Shown here in pieces: positions 63,073 through 64,000 of a stretch of 64,000 bases of DNA. A program made the position numbers and the translations under genes. A model generated the notes under the pieces. It searched no databases. It had not been told where the DNA came from and saw only the letters and a list, made by a program, of their open reading frames with translations. Within the stretch, counting starts at the first letter, position 1; each line of letters begins with the position of its first letter. Source of the DNA: Nitrosopumilus sp. (GTDB lineage: Archaea > Thermoproteota > Nitrososphaeria > Nitrososphaerales > Nitrosopumilaceae); NCBI GenBank assembly GCA_965223425.1, contig OZ245003.1, forward strand, positions 768,001-832,000. Reading direction: 5' to 3'.

Positions 63073-64000
63073 TGGGCTTTACCTCCTCTTCTTCGCCTCT
63101 TTTCTTATACAATTCCTGCATGATCTCAACTGAATCCTCACGCCATTCCTTTGTCATCTCTTTTTTAATTCTGCCAAATATCTTGGCGTGCTGTCTTGCA
63201 CCTTGTGACTCAAATTCAACATTGAGAAGATTGCTGACTAGCTTGTAAGGAACCTTGTGATTCTCACATACCTTTTGCAATACCTCCTGTTCTGTCTCGC
63301 CAAAAGATCCAAGATCATCCTTTACTGACTCTAGCTTTATTCCAATTACATTCTCATAGATTTTGTATGCAGTGTTTTGCCAGTCTCCCTGCTCCATTCT
63401 CCAGATTCTCTGAATTTCATGAACTTCGTCTTGTGTTATTAATTCCATATCTGCATCAGGGCCATTCTTTTGAACTTCAAGCTGTCCACGCAAAAGTTTC
63501 GCTAAATACTGTTTTCTAAATTCCAATGTGTATGGTCCCGGCGTATAGTCGCTGCCGTCTTTTTTCAAATCCACTCTTCCAGATCGTCGGGTTATCTGTC
63601 GTATCTTTGGCCACTGTTCAGGATTCTGTGTTATCTTTAGCTCCTCGCGCAGCTCTACTAGCGTCTCCATCCATTCCTGACCGTTCTCAACTAGACTGTT
63701 CAATGATTTTTGTTTATCCACAACGGTACATGTCCAACAACCAAATCTTCCACTTCCACATGATGGAGTGCTAGTGTCAACTACCAAAGGACATTCACTT
63801 GCATTGGCATCCTGATATAACGCCAAAAGATCACGATTGTTTTCTCCCCAAGGATTTTTGTTTTGTAAAAGATAGTTCCATACATCCTGTGCGGTAAAAT
63901 CAACTAGTGGAGTATACACATAGGTCTGAGCAAACCTCTTATGATGAGAAAGCAGACTGTTTTCAATCTCTAATAAATTCATTGACTGCTGTCTTGTGGA
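63047..64000 (-). CDS. dndC: DndC (5' part outside window)
   Basis: ECPLVVDTSTPSCGSGRFGCWTCTVV, PGPYT. Confidence 0.95.
   Translation of the reverse strand, partial: STRQQSMNLLEIENSLLSHHKRFAQTYVYTPLVDFTAQDVWNYLLQNKNPWGENNRDLLALYQDANASECPLVVDTSTPSCGSGRFGCWTCTVVDKQKSLNSLVENGQEWMETLVELREELKITQNPEQWPKIRQITRRSGRVDLKKDGSDYTPGPYTLEFRKQYLAKLLRGQLEVQKNGPDADMELITQDEVHEIQRIWRMEQGDWQNTAYKIYENVIGIKLESVKDDLGSFGETEQEVLQKVCENHKVPYKLVSNLLNVEFESQGARQHAKIFGRIKKEMTKEWREDSVEIMQELYKKRGEEEEVKPNAFKENNT

Overview
Window from a Nitrosopumilaceae (ammonia-oxidising archaeon) genome, probably host-associated given the IS/MITE load and the many single-base frameshifts confined to accessory genes. Core-like blocks: ABC exporter, pstS/pstCAB/phoU, sbtA/sbtB, arsR/arsC/MIP, hemL-hemC-cobA-hemD, sufBD-Rieske-sufS-sufU, pgk, SSB. 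Accessory blocks: 1-9.7 kb (IS6-like transposase, an odd tRNA, MITEs, ISH3, integrase, hicBA, GC-richer purD), 15.9-18.5 kb, 24.9-27.6 kb, 31.5-35.4 kb and a defence island at 44.7-64 kb (DISARM-like dcm-drmA-drmB-drmC plus an unknown gene; dndCDEA plus DUF3800 with a convergent structured RNA). The most striking observation lies between pstS and pstC. A tnpB gene sits in an element with 20-bp terminal inverted repeats and an 8-bp target duplication, which is IS6-like rather than IS605-like. One of those TIRs is split by an IS110 element whose upstream non-coding region has bridge-RNA architecture, with guide segments matching that TIR and the IS110's own end. All protein calls come from motif recognition by eye; no searches were run.
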